This document shows positions 49,081 to 63,170 of a DNA stretch of 64,000 nucleotides, in pieces; position 1 is the first letter of the stretch, and each line of letters opens with the position of its first letter. The stretch covers positions 40,610,001 to 40,674,000 of the forward strand of contig CM069132.1 in NCBI GenBank assembly GCA_035221665.1, in the 5' to 3' direction. Source of the stretch: Okamejei kenojei (taxonomy: Eukaryota). Below the pieces are notes generated by a model that did not search any database, was not told where the DNA came from, and saw only the letters and a program-made list of their open reading frames with translations. Position numbers and translations under genes: made by a program.

Positions 49081-51099
49081 AGTAGTGCAGAAACGTTGCA
49101 GACAAGGGAGGCTATGATTGGCTCAGGAGAGGGCAATGGCACGGTCTGCTCTGATAAGAAATGCCATAAAGGATGGTGTCGGGCACCATATAGAAGAGAG
49201 AGCCCCAGCCTTGGACCGTGTCGCTTACGGTGCCAGGTGATCAAGAACAGAAACATCTTGCAGCATGCGCTTGCTTTTCTAGTTAGCGTTAACATGGACG
49301 TTGGATTGGAGGTGCATTCAAGTTCATCTGATTAAAGAGGCTTGCTTACGTGACTGACCAGGGACGATGAACTAACTGCAAGCAATAAGTCCCAAAATGA
49401 ACAAACTCTGAATAGTGCGTAGGACTTCCCACGCACTATTAAAGCATGGAATAATCTCCACCAAACCACGGTTGCCCAGCCAGATGCAACTAAATTTAAA
49501 GTGACACTTTCTTCCCAATAACCCTCTCTGGCTAAACCCCTCCCTTCACCACCTCCAGTTTAAATTCCAGTTGGAGTATTTTGGAGGACCAAGTAACCAA
49601 GAACCAAGAACCTAGAAAGATCTGTGCAGTCACAGGGTCATAGAGAGATGCAGTGTGGAGCCCAGCCCTTCTGACCAACTTGCCTGCACCAGCCAACATG
49701 TCCCTTCTACACTAGTCCCACCTGCCTGTGTTTGGTCCATATCCCTCCAAACCTGTCCTGTCCATGTACCTGTCCAGTACTTCAGTGGTTGAGGTTATGC
49801 AAAGGAATGTCTGATTTAAAAAAACACAGTTTTCTATGTCTTTGCCTATTTATTTTTAAATATGTTGTAAATAAACTAGAATAAATCTTCACCAATTATT
49901 AATTTACTGTGTGTTTTATATTTGTACACTAATGGCACTGACAGGGATATTAAATAGGAAATTCAAATAAATAATCTTGAATTACAATAGTGTTTGACGC
50001 GAGTTAATATAAAAAAGCCATTTGACATATTAAACCTATCTAAATAAATATGTTTTAAACCTTAAGATGTTTATGTGAATATAAAGACCTACCCTAATGA
50101 TCCATGAAATGAAAAAAAAATGAACTAAACACAATATTGCAATTAATTCATAGCTAAAAAGAGAAACAACTAATTAGAGATGAATGGTGAAACCTAAAAA
50201 TGTAAAATGGTAAACTTTAAATAAAATATAAAACATTTCTTGGGGTAAGTGGTTAAGTTGGAAAATACATCTTCAGATGATTAGCCTGCTGCATGCAGAA
50301 CCAACAGGATAGTTTCATAGTGTTAAAGAAGGAACTGCAGATGCTGGAGAATCGAGGGTACACAAAAAGCTGTACCAGCCTTTTTTGAGTATCACTTCTT
50401 CCTTTCTGTTTGTTTCTGGCTCTGGGGAGCTACCTGGATGGAATGATGATTACACATCCTACCTGAGCCGTGTTTTCTGCCCGTTCTTTAGGGTCCACAT
50501 ACTCTTTTTAACTCACTCCCCAGATAACGGTGTTTCATAGGCACAATAACTCATCAAAAAGTTATTAAACAAGTTCACAATTGCTCCTTTTCCTCACTCC
50601 TACACCTCCTGCGCAATAGATTATTTTTCTTCCTTCCCTAGTGCCACCCTGAGTTTCTTTGAGTTTGTTCTTCATCTTCTGACACCAGCTACTTTGTCTC
50701 TTTCTTGATGTCTTTATTAATTTTGCTCCTTTCTATCAATGGGTTGTTCTCGATCCCAGTATGACACAATTAAAGGTAGTTCCTTAGAATCGCTACCTTC
50801 TCTCTTTTTATACTTCCTTCCAGGTATTGGCAAGGATTTCTCTCATTCTAATTCTGGTTGTTACTGTTTTCCCTTGGACCATCCCAGTGTTATGAGGAGG
50901 GTATTCTATCTTCTCAGAATAATTTCTGTTTTCTGAGGCAGGGGGCAGGTTACTCCATCCATACTCTGGACTAACTGGCAGATCAGGATTATAAAAATGG
51001 ATTCAGCTGCGAGAAGGGTGATTGCCCCCCTGATCCTCTGGCCAGTCCCCTCCTTCATCTTCAGGGACCCAAGTATCCCTAGGGATCCACCGACTTCTG

Positions 51100-52576
51100 G
51101 GACCTCGTGACCCTTTTCTTTGACCCTCCTCTTTGATCTCCTATGGGGCAAGCTCTGCTCCAATGCCCCGTCTCTCCGCAGATATTACACTGGTCTGGCC
51201 CTTTGTACCCTTTCCCATAGAAGTGAGGAAAATCAGGCTCTCAAATAGGCATGTCCCTAAGGTAGTCTGGAAGGACCCAAGCTTTAAACTCTTCCTCTTC
51301 TTTTGATCTAATTTCAAGTTTCTGTATTAATTTCACAGGTCCCTGGAAGGATTTAATAAGAGCGACCAAAGATGGTCTCTTCCCTATCACTTTCTTTTGT
51401 TACTCCCTCCACTAAGGCTTCAGGAGTAGGGTATCCCAGAATTGTCAAAAATGTAATATATTCCTTTGGGGTAATCAGTTGTTGCACTGCTTCCCATAAA
51501 GCTTGATTGTCCATGCAAATTACGTTTCAGGTATTCTCCAAATGAAGTAGATAAATCCTTTCCATATGGTTCTTCAGTCATAGTTGTTGTTGAACTGGGT
51601 TTCACAGGAGTGTAGCTCGGGTCTGTAGCCCGGCGTATTCACCGGTCTGCAGCCCGGGGATAATCTGCACCTACTGCAATATCAAATCTAAAGTGGGAGT
51701 AGGCACCTTGCAGCTAGGGAATTTGTTCTATTTCCATGATATTAGCGATTACCTCACCCGAAATACCGCTTCCTCCGCTAAAAGAATCTCTATATTTTAG
51801 GACTGATTCCTTTATTTCTCCTACTGTTCATTTCAATTGTTCTGGCAGTGGCTTATAAGGAACCTTACTCCTTGCTCCCTTACACAATACACTATCCTTT
51901 GCCAATGAAACAATTGGTGCTAGAGAATCCCTTCCCAATGTCTCCATCTCAAGTTTAAATTTAATGGGTGGAGTCAAAGATGCCGTTGACTCCACTTGAG
52001 TGTCCCGTCACAAGCTGCACATGGTGCCTTGGGATTAGGAATGTAAGAGGGCTGAGAGGAATGCTGCGATTCCAAACCAAAAAGGTCTGCTCATCCTTTT
52101 TAAATACTGGGCTTCCTTCTCTTCAAGGTCCACAATTTGTGACGGGGCCACTTCCCCTTTAAGAGTTTCTGCTCTTCTCTGCTCCTGCTCTCGATCTTTG
52201 ATATCTCCCTCCTTTCTTTCAGAAATCTCCAGAGAAGGACCAGCTCCCACTTCTTCTAGCTCTATTCCCAGCCTTGAAGCTGCCGTCCTCCACTTTGTTA
52301 ACCTAACAATTTCTTTAGTCACTTTCGTCTTCGTGAAACACATTTTCCATAATCCTATAAACTCGTTCCTCTCTCACTATTCCCATACTTCCTCACAATT
52401 TTCCTGATATACATTATCCCAGTCATTAACTTCGGTCATAATTCACTTCCTAGCTCTTGGTTGAATTTTCCTGAAAATTTGCGTAATATCTCAATTCTCA
52501 GAGGAAATTCATCACACATTAATTGGATTGGCCTTTCAGAAGATGTCGTTAGGTCCTTCTCCAGGTTATTTCCCAT
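51100..52576 (-). pseudogene. Retroviral gag remnant with many stops
   Basis: MGNNLEK N-terminus (possible myristoylation), charged coiled-coil-like segment, C-terminal CX2CX4HX4C. Confidence 0.65.
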
Positions 52577-53758
52577 GGTTTTTGTACAATAGAAACAATA
52601 CAGCTACAGATAATTTTCTAATTCACTAACACCTCACACCTCTTCAATAATTTGCTCATATCTTTCAGTCACCAAGGCTACCCAGATCACTCTTGAACAA
52701 TAGCTAACGTCTCCCAAAGCATTAACAGTTTCTTACGTTTCTCATACAATCGCACAGTTCATCTTCCCAATCTACTATTCAATCGCTATTCAATCACTCT
52801 GTTCAATCGCTCTGTTCAATCTCTATTCAATCACGCACTCAACTCTCTTATCAATCTCCCCTCTCATTCACAATCACCCATTCAACTTCCAATCTGTCAA
52901 CAGTTCCGGCTCCCAGACTAAGGTGCTTAATATTAAAATAGCAGCAGTCTCTCCCACTCAAAATACTTCAATTTAACAGAGACAAATGAATCCAAACCAT
53001 GCAAGAAAACTACACTCAAGCCAGAAACTATACCACCTATTACAAGCAAACAAAAACACACTCCAATATAAACTTTAAGCATTCACTTCTTATCACTATT
53101 AAATCGCCCACTATTTTAAATCCTCCTCGTAGTGTGCTCGGTCAACGGAACAATCCCTCCCCTAAAGCAATCGATCGGAAGAATATGAACACCCGATCGA
53201 ACAACCAAGGATCGGACTTCAATACTAACACAATTCCAACCAAACCAGATTTTTTTAGGTTTTCTCTCTAACCGATTATTACCCCAGTTTTCTAAATACT
53301 CAAACTCCTAAACAATACACAATAACAATTCACGATCTTAACACTTTCCAAAAGTATCGCACACGCAACAAAGTATTTATACACAGTTCAGATCCGAAAG
53401 AAATATATACACTGGAAATTTACTAGACTCATCACAGGAATACAATACCTGATAAACACAGTATCTTTAATATACAATTGCAAAAACAAATCACACTTGA
53501 TTTCAATTCTACGTCACGCTGCTTTTAACCAGTGAACCTCTCCCTCAGATACAGAAGACTTTCCCCTTCCTAGGGTACTCTTTACTGAGGTGTACTACTT
53601 CTTAGTTAGCCACTTTTCCCCTTAAGATACTTTCCCTCTCACTAAAGGCTCAGACTTCTATTGTGGAACCCTTCCCTCCACTCTAAGTTCAGACTTAGGG
53701 GTACTGTTTCCCGTCTGGTTACTTTTCACTAAAAAAATAGTTTCCCTTCTCTCAGTTA

Positions 53759-54037
53759 TGCCCCTGTCCCATGTAGGAAACCTGAATGGAAACCTCTGGA
53801 TACTTTGCGCCCCACCCAAGATTTCCTTGCAGTTCCCGGAGGTTCCCAGAGGTTTTTGTCAGTCTGCCTAATGGTCGAAAGTGATTTCCGCTTCTTCTAT
53901 AGAATATAAAAGAACCGGAAACCACTTTCGACCATTAGGGAGACTGACAAAAACCTCCGGGAACCGCACGTAAACCTTGGGTGGGGCGCAAAGTCTCCAG
54001 AGGTTTCCGTTCAGGTTTCCTAAGTGGGACAGGGGCA
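53759..54037. mobile_element. Palindromic MITE, PIF/Harbinger-like, copy 2, inserted in the ERV leader
   Basis: Almost wholly self-complementary; TTA on both flanks (53756-53758, 54038-54040). Confidence 0.85.
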
Positions 54038-55039
54038 TTACGCTTCACTATCAGGAACTAATCAACAAACAATCAGATGGGTACTACTCCTGGATGATCA
54101 GCCACTATTCGGAATCGATCTCAAACACACAATACATACTTCGAAGTTTTATAATACACAGAATTTTGAAGTACGTGCCAGAACCTCAATATGAGATTCT
54201 GTATTTAAATACTTTAATTCAAAAAATTTCAGTTTGTTCTGATCGGACCAATTCGCTTTTTGGTGTGTAACTCAATGTGCGCAAATGCAAATTCAAATTT
54301 AGTTTGGATAGACTTCTCGAATTATTAGAGTATTCTCAACCAATCTATACTCTAACCACCGAGTGCCCAAAGCCTTTACGAGAGTCCTTCCTGTCTTTTC
54401 TGAGATCCTGATATCTCAAACAGGAATGGACTTTAACCAACATAGGCTCACCCTGTCAAAAAGGCTTCATTTCCACCTGCTTGGCCAGGTATCAGCGCGT
54501 AGTCTATTCATGCTGGCAGTCGATGCCGATTTTTGGAGCGCACTTCCAATCTGCACCCCTAGCAACAACGCAGTACTGAGCCGCTTAGCCCTGTTACACC
54601 CAAACCGTCTTGAAATATCCGTTCAATTTGAAACCCGGTCTTGATACGGCCTCGAACCTCTAGTTTTTTTTTTACAGAATAGTTTTTTGGTTTTCACCAA
54701 CAGCTGCAACTACCAGTTTTATGGGCCTTAAACCCAGAGGAGAGGGCCTTAAACCCAACCCTGATGTTATGTTATGGGCCTATAACCCAGTTTTAGTAGG
54801 GCCTCTAACCCCAAAGGCACTAATGCCCTCAGTGCTTGCTAAACTCTGTTCTATGATCTCATTGGGACCCTTTCCCAAGCCCGTGAATGATCGATCTACT
54901 CCAACTAGCGAAGTGACAAAAACCGATGCGAAAACTGCACTCTAACGCCGATTTCTGCACTCGCGATCGGGAACAGCTCAAAACCCTTAATCGCAAGCTT
55001 GTGTTTGGGGGTCCGTTGAGCCCCTGGAAGAGCCCCCAA

Positions 55040-55820
55040 TGTAAATAAGCTCTTCTAAGTTTCCCTCCAGATTAGTTCAGTCAATAAAACACTGATTCAG
55101 GCACTGGAATAACTTATCTTTATTTTTGGATAGAACAACAAATTCCCCTATATGATACCTAATCAACTGTGGGTTTGATCCTTGTATCTGCCTGGCCAAG
55201 CCCTTCAGCCTTGTGCAAGCAGAAACATCCCAAAAGGTCATGCAGTCCCAAGCGCTCTTCCAGAAGATCGACAAAGGACCTCGTGGGGGCTGAATTTTAT
55301 AGGTGCCCAAACATTGAGAGGCCGAACTACAGAAGGGTGGTCTGTTATAATCCAATCAAACATAACAAATTACAACAATACATTATTGACAGTTACACAG
55401 ACCAATAATAGAATTCCCCTTACATTGTTGCAGGAGAAGCTTCCAGAAGAAGCTAACAAAATGTTAATAATGCAACATTTACCCTGGGATTCAACCAAAC
55501 CAGACAGGGCTTAACATTTCAACCAATCAACAATTAACAGGGTAACTGTCTCGCAACATTAATTACAACATGTATACTTAGTTTGCATTTATCCAATTAA
55601 CTTCATGCATTTTACATTTCCTTGGATGTCCTCTGCAGAAATCCCATCCATCTGTCAATTGAATATGCAACACTGATCTGGGCCCTAGACTTACTGGCAC
55701 CATTCAGAAGCTTGTCTTATTTCTGCAGAGCGCACCAGACTTGACCAAAATGGCCTAGCAATACATGAGTCCTTACTAAATTTTGGTACCATAGCTGCTC
55801 GGTTTTAGCCAAGTTTAACA
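55040..55820 (-). repeat. ERV 5' LTR (distal boundary uncertain)
   Basis: TG...CA termini; minus-strand TATAAAA near 55296-55302 and AATAAA near 55119-55124; PBS follows. Confidence 0.65.
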
Positions 55821-56376
55821 CCATGAGGGCAGATCTTCACTCAATGACAACAAAGGAACATGTGAACATGAAGACCACCCTATACGGTAAGAGCAAAATA
55901 CCATTTTCTTTCATCTTTTAAAAATACATCAATATTTAAGTATTATTCACCTTAAGGACGGTATGATGCAGTGTCGTGTAAGGAGCATTGCTCATTGTAG
56001 ATTTTTGAGGAACCATGCAACTCTGGTATAATAATTAACTTTAATTCAAAAAGCTATCAAATCTCCTTATCACATTGATCTAACAACAATCTATATTAAG
56101 TAAATACTCCAAGCATTTCATCAAATTCTCTATGGAGTAAATGGCTGAGGGAAATCATGCAATAGTATTGAAATTCATGAAGATGATTTGCCAATCAGAA
56201 ATCTCGTTCAACTCCATGCATGGTCTGCCACTAAAAACACTCACCTAAATTCCTTTATGTAACCACAAAATTATGTTTGCACATTCTAGTAATAGCTTCG
56301 GTATTTATATATTAATAGAATCCAACTAATTTTATGTTTCCTTTGACTCTTTCCAGACACAGATTGTTAAGCAGGT

Positions 56377-56675
56377 AGTTTAGTTTTGTTTAGAGAAACA
56401 GTGCGGAAACAGACCCTTTGGCCCATCGAGCCCACTCCAACCAGCGATCCCAGCACACCAACAGTATCGTACACACACTAGCGACAATTTACAATTTTGC
56501 CAAGCTAATTAAAATCCAAACCTGTCTTTTGAGTGTGGGAAGAAACCGGATCTCCCGGAGAAAACCCACGCAAGTCATGTGGAGAGCGCACAAACTCCAG
56601 ACAGACAGAACCTGTAGTCAGGATTGAACCTGGGTCTTTGGCACTGTAGGGCAGCAAACCTACCATGTCACCCTG
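56377..56675 (-). mobile_element. tRNA-derived V-SINE
   Basis: GGTTCAATCC B box, V-domain and (ACTAA) tail on the minus strand. Confidence 0.8.
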
Positions 56676-58024
56676 CTCTATAAACCAGTTTAACATGCTG
56701 TCACATGTTCCTTTATATTTACCCACTGTGAATCACTGACAATCATTTATAAATACTTAACTGAAAAGTACTTCCAAGATATAAAAGACAATATATAAAT
56801 GCAAAATACTGTGGGATCTCGATAGGTTGATATGGAAAGGATGCATTCACTTACTATGAATCTGGGGTGAAAGGTAACTTTTTAACAATAAAGGGTCACC
56901 CATTTAAAACAAAATAGTGGTGTCTTATTATTCCCCCTCAGAAGGGGGGATTTATTTCACAAAGGACAATGGAAGCAGAATCTTTGAAAAATTTAAGGCA
57001 AATGTAAAGATTTATTATTGATAAATAAAGGAAAGGTTACCAGGGTAAATTAGAATACATAGTTTAGAACATGGAGCAGTGCACCACAGGAACTGGCCCC
57101 AATGTCCATGCCGAACATAATGCCAAGTTAGACTAATCTTTTCTGCCTGCGCAATGATCCATATCCTTCCATTCTCTATGTATCCCTGTGCTCGAGATTA
57201 CAACAGCCTTGATACTATTACAGGCAATCCCCGCATTATAGCTGTCCAGGTTACGAAAACCTGCCCTTACAGAAATCAGAAATCACAACCCAAAAACCTG
57301 AGATATGGAATGAAATTTGCTCTTACTGAAATAATGCAGGGAAAATTTAAATAAACACAAAATGCAAAAGAAACAAGATTAAACCATTTTTTTAAATTAC
57401 ATGCCATTTTTTGACAAGTGCACTCACAATGTGACAGGTTGGTTTTAGCTTGGCAGGTTTATTAAGCTGTCCTACAGTCCTTTATCCCCCCAATAATTTT
57501 CAATATTATTTACCCTGAAGATGTCTGAAACAGAGCCAGCAAGTTGTAAATCTCAAAGACCACTGTTACTTGTTGTCAGTTATGTGATTAAACTGCCTTA
57601 CCTATATTCAATAGGTGTACAAATGGAAGGCTAGAAGGTGATACGAATCTGTAGTCACTTGTGTCTCCAAACACAGCTGCTGGCTGCTTAAGAAATTGCC
57701 TCCTCAGTCTCCAAAGCAAACCTTTTAAGTGACCCCTGTCATGAAGAACACATGTCCAATTACAATATGGCATCCTATTGGAAGCAGAGTTCCATGTTAC
57801 AGAAAATCATGATGCAGATGGTTTTCTGGGAACTTAGCCCTTCCTTAACAGAGGGTTGCCTTAAGGCAGTGAAGTAGAGTAAGAGGCCGAGGGGCTAAGC
57901 AACCAAACAGACCCTAATTCATATTTTTGTATGCATTCCTGGTTCCAATCAATAAAAGTGAGTCCAAATTGCTAACAAAACAACGTTTTACAAAGATGAT
58001 ACTAGAATTGTGGGGATGGAAATT

Positions 58025-58248
58025 TCAGGAAGGGTCTCGACCCGAATCGTCACCTATTCCTTCTCTCCAGAGATGCTGTTCAAGAAGGAACTGCAGATGC
58101 TGGAAAATCGAAGATAGACAAAAGTGCTGGAGAAACTCAGCATCTATGGAGCGAAGGAAATAGGCAACGTTTCGGGCCGAAACCTTGTCTACCTCCAGAG
58201 ATGCTGCCTGTCCCGCTGAGTTACTCCAGCAGTTTGTGTCTACCTTCA
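58025..58248. mobile_element. Penelope-derived repeat cluster
   Basis: GAAGGGTCTCGACCCGAATCGTCACC plus an inverted partial copy. Confidence 0.7.
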
Positions 58249-59241
58249 AGAAGGATTGAGCAGGTTTAGTCTATTTTCTCTTGAGAAAACAAAAGAGATG
58301 ACCCGATAGACATTATAAGGGAGACAGGCAATTTAGCAATGGGTCAAGTCCATTGTTGCTAATAAATCCAACAAGGAGTTTGGAAGATTTTTCCATTCAA
58401 AGATTGGAGCGAATATGAATCTTGTTACCACAATGTATTAGTTGACATATAAGTTGATAGTGTGGTTAAAATGAGAGGATGCTCAAGGGGAGTAAAAACA
58501 CTAAGGATCTCCTGCATGACTGAGCTAGGTTCTCTATGATATAATGGAATTGATTCTAATTAGAGAGTTATCAAATATAATTATATCAAAGAATACAGTT
58601 ACTGCAAAACCTAACCCAAACGTACAATTTTAATCCAAATTATAACATTTTCATTATTTTATTATTGTTGTATTTCACTTGGCAAATTAATGGGAAAGTT
58701 AGTTGATTTATTGAAGATAGATACAAAAAGTTGGAGTCTTCAGACCATTGAGTTTTTTTGGCAGAAATTTCTGACATTAGGAACCTAAAGATCAAGTGCC
58801 TCAGATCCTGGATAAACTCTGCAACATCCTTGTGAGCTTAGACAATCAGTTCCATGCAAATCAGGCGTATTTTGCATTGCTGTATTGCAGCTTGCTAAAT
58901 ATGAATGCTGAAAGCAATATTCTCAACACCAAATATGTGGTAAATACTTTGTTTCCCACAGAAACACCTCTAATTATTCAAATACTTCATTATAGAACTA
59001 TTTCAGTAAACCTAACAAGAAATTAATTAAATACACTTTGCATATAAATTGTAAGATTATTAAAAAAAATTATCAACTTTGGAAAGTGAGAGCAACTATC
59101 AAGCCAACAATAAATAAAGAGCCTTTTGTTGTTGTGTATACAGAACTTACCCCTAATTCTACGATTACTGATCTCAAGAACTCACATTGCTTGAGCTTTC
59201 CCTGCTGCACTGGAAAACTGTGCAAGTGTTGCAGCCGCTGG

Positions 59242-61619
59242 TGGTGTGTCACACACAGTGCGAACCTTCGGCTCTGAGGGGGGTCACGTGTCTCGATGAT
59301 GGGAGTGGGTGAACTCGGGCCCCTCTGGGGAATATTTAGGGTGGGGATTGCGTGTGCACCGTGGTGATTAGTAGGGAGTCATTAGAATAGTATTAAAGAA
59401 TAATTGGTTTGGACACACTCCGTGTCCCACCTCATTCTTCGCCGGACCGCTTCGAGTCCCACTACATTTGGTGACATACTGATGTCCAAAATTGAAAATT
59501 TGGTGAGCAAAACGCACGCCGCCAGCGACCAACCCATCGTTGCCGCCGACCAGGCCCAACTGAACGCGGTCACCCTGAAGCTGCCGACCTTCTGGACTGC
59601 TCAGCCGCAGGTATGGTTCCAGCAGACCGAAGCGCAGTTTAACATTCGTGGGGACCAACGAGACCCGCTTCTATTATATGGTTGGCGCGCTCGACCAGGA
59701 AACAGCCGATTGTGTAATCCCTTACCTGCAAAATCCGCCGGCGGCCAATAAGTATGGAGGTCTCAAGGCGCTGCTTCTACTCACCTTTGGTCTCAGCCAC
59801 CTGGAATGAGCGGCAAGGATCCTCAACATGGGCGGGCTCAGCGACCGGAACCCATCAGTCCAAATGAACGCATATTCAAACAACAGCCCTGCATGTTTTT
59901 TGAATATGTGTTCCTGCAGCAGTTGCCGGACGACCTCCACCCACTCCTTGCAGGGGTGAGTTTCGAAGACCCCCTGGCATTAGCGGAGCATGCCGACGAA
60001 CTGTGGCTGGCCAGGCGGCAGGAGGTGGGCTGGCCAGGCGGCAGGAGGATCTGGATCAGGTGTCCACGGTGCCCTGGAAGGCGCAGTGGCCTAGGGCCAT
60101 GCCCACCAAGGGCTCCGCGGAGCCTCCTGAGCCTGCCGGAGAAGCCGGTAGAGGAGCGTGGTGCTTCTACCAGCAGCGCTGTGGTTCGGCGGCCCCCCAA
60201 TGCCGCCCACCCTGTTCGTTTCCGGGAATCACTGCGGCGGTTGGCAAGATTCACCGCCTGTAGGCCTGGGACCGGCGCTCAGGCCGAAGATTCTTGGCCG
60301 ACTCGACCAACCCGAAGCATGGGGTACAACACCACATCCTCACTTCGGGATCACCACTTCATGCCCCCCCGACAAATTCCAGCTTGCAAAGGTGGAGTTT
60401 CTGAAGATGGAAGACATGGGGATTGTTCGATGCTCCCACAGCCCATGGGCTTCCCCACTGCATATGGTGCCCAAGGTCTCCGGCGGCTGGAGGCCTTGTG
60501 GTGATTACCTCCGCCTGAACTACGCCACCATCGCAGATCAATACCCCATCCCACACATATAGGACTTCTCCGCACATCTGTCTGGGACTAAGTTCTTTTC
60601 CAAGATCGACTTAGTCATGGCTTACCATCAGATCCCCGAGTGACCGGAGGATGTGCCAAACACTGCCATCATCACCCTTTCAGATTTTTCGAATTCCTGC
60701 ACATGCACTTCGGCCTTAAGAATGCTTTCCAATGCCTGATGGACACCATGGGGCGAAGGGTAGACTTCCTATTCATCTATATGGATGACATCCTTGTGGC
60801 TAGTCGATCGCGGCAGGACCATTGCACCCACCTTCGTCTGTTGTGCCAGTACCTCAACGAATACGGGCTGGTGATCGACCCAGACAAATGCCAGTTCGGC
60901 CTCTGGGCCATCGACTTCCTCGGCCACCATGAGATGCAGCACAGTGTGGCTCCCTTACCAGACAGGGTCGAGGCCATTCGCCGGTTCCCGCGGCCTTCCA
61001 CAGTGTGGAGCCTGCAGGAGTTTGTAGGCATGGCCCAATTTTACCATCGATTTGTGCCGGCGGCGGCAAGAATAATGCGGCCGCTCTTCCAGCTGTTGTC
61101 AGGAAAGCAGCGGGACGTGCAGTGGAGCGACATTGCCGTGGCGGCTTTTCAAGGGCCTGAAGGAAGCATTAGCTTGGGCGACGATGCTGTTGCATCTGTG
61201 GGTCGATGCCCACACAGCATTAACCATGGATGCCTCGGACTCCGCGATGTGCCAGAACAGTCTTTTGATGGCCATTGGCGGCCTCTCACCTTTTTCAGCC
61301 ACCAACTTAACCCAGCGGAGCGAAGGTATAGCGCTTTCGACCGGAAGCTGCTCACCTTGTACCTGGCGGTTAGGCACTTTCGGTATTTTCTGGAGGGCTG
61401 GGACTTCATCGCTTTTACTGACTATAAGCCCCTCACCTTTGCCTTCGCCAAGGTTGCTGACCCTTGGTCCGCTCGGCAGCAGCGCCAAGTCACGGGAGTT
61501 TCTGAATTCACCACGGACAACCGCCACATCACCGGGAAATGTAACCTGGTCGCTGACGCCCTGTTCCGTCCGGCTGTGGGAGCCTTTCTCGGCGTGGCCC
61601 TGGGCATTGACTATTCCAC
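59242..61619 (+). mobile_element. Ty3/Gypsy element (CsRn1/Kabuki-like gag): 5' LTR, degenerate PBS, gag, decayed RT/RNase H
   Basis: LTR ending ACTACA at 59466 then TTTGGTGAC; KLPTFWTAQPQVWFQQTEAQF; [36 protein letters not shown]. Confidence 0.9.
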
Positions 61620-63090
61620 CTTTTATTTTTTAATCATAAAATTTATTCAATTATTAAAAAATAATATTTAAAGGACAAAGGACAAAGGACATTTTATTGT
61701 CACGTACACCAATTGGTGTAGTGAAATTTGATTTGCCATGCAGCACATAAATAAAGATAAGACACAACATCATAGGATTTAACAGTAGGCATAAAAACAT
61801 CCCCCCACAATGGTTCCCACTGTGGGGGAAGGCAGCAAAGTCCAGTCCCATCCCCAGTTCACCCATAGTCGGGCCTATTGAGGCCTCCGCAGTCGCTGCT
61901 ATGGGGCCCGATGTTCCAGGCCGTTTTCGCCGGGTGATGGTGCTCCGGATTCGGGTGCACCTTCTCAGTGGCTTGGGGCACCTAGAACGGCCGCCTCTTA
62001 CACTAGGGGGTGTCTTTTACACAAGGCCGCTCCGGATGGAGCTCCACCACTGGGATGGAAGCTCCCAATGTAAAGTTCAGCTCCGCTGCCCGCAGCTGGC
62101 CACTCCACAGTCCCGCAGCTCCGCGATGTTTTTTGTCGGCGGTCTTCTGCTCACCGGAGCTCCAGCACGGTGACCCAGGCAAGGCATCGCCCCCTTCTCT
62201 CCGCGATGGCGCTCCAGCGGCCGTTCCTGGTGTCCCATGCCGCCGCCGAAGCCAAGGGTCCGGCCGGTCCCATCAAGAAATGCCGCTCCAGGCCTGCTGG
62301 GAGGACACGAGGACGGGTCGACGATGCAGCCCGGAGAAAAGCTACCTCTCCGACCAGGTGGGGACCAGGTAAAGCAGTTTCCCCTTCCCCCCACCCCCCT
62401 ATCCCTACATAAAAAAATATAGACTCCAAACAAAACACTTTTTACAGACTAAAAATAAAAAAAGTTAAAAGACAGACAGCTGCTGGGTGGGCAGCCATAC
62501 CAACTGGACGGCGCCCCCTAGTGTCTACACTACAATAAAACAAGCCAGAACCCACCACCATAATAAAATAAAAACATATACCCATAATAAACTACTGTAC
62601 AACTATGAAACAATCCTTATTGAGGATACATTCAACACCCTGCGGAGCCCAGCGGTCGCGGAACTCCCTCAGGGTGCCCCTGGACAGGGCGTATTCCCTT
62701 TCTAACCACACCTGACTAGCGGATGGCCAGCTTGGCCAGGCACAGGAGCAACCCAACCAGGACATCTTCAGCCCTACCCTCTCCCCTAGCACAGGGTGTC
62801 CAAAGATGAGGATGGTGGGTGAACAATGCAACCAGAAGGCAAGGAGCAGCCCCTTTAAGTATTCAAACAGTGGCTACAGCCTCACGCACTCCACGTACAC
62901 GTGGTACACAGACTCTTCCAGCCTGCAAAAGTGGCAGGCGGCTGGCGAGTCTGTGAACCGCGAGAGAAACAGGTTGCAGGGAACACCTCGGTGCAATACC
63001 CTCCACCCCAGGTCCCCAATGTAGAGGGGGAGAATCCCTGCGTAGAGGGACCCCACCGGGGGCCCCCCTCGCGACCCGAAGGTGAAACCG
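61620..63090 (-). mobile_element. Tx1-clade LINE 3' part, interrupted by a LINE 3'-UTR-like repeat (about 61671-62525)
   Basis: DLGWRVLHRGVPCN...CHFCRLEESVYHVYVEC zinc finger; T-rich end at 61620; inner repeat matches 20741-20882 plus 24005-24050. Confidence 0.8.
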
Positions 63091-63170
63091 GCCGGGACAA
63101 GGACTAGCTGCCCTAGAAGATAGTGGCCAAGCTGTCTTAGCGGAGATAGCGGCCAGAAGATAGTGACCCC

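Larger units (their letters stand above)
50375..55820 (-). mobile_element. Decayed endogenous retrovirus: 5' LTR, tRNA-Pro PBS, long leader, gag remnant; no pol, env or 3' LTR seen
   Basis: PBS TGGGGGCTCTTCCAGG at 55038-55023 just after LTR end TTTACA; ACCATGGGA start at 52576; CCHC knuckle CNICGETGHWSRAC at 51148-51189. Confidence 0.75.

Noticed and set aside
61901-62438. CpG-rich overlapping ORFs or CpG island promoter
   Set aside because: Lies within a repeat that also occurs at 20741-20882 and 24005-24050
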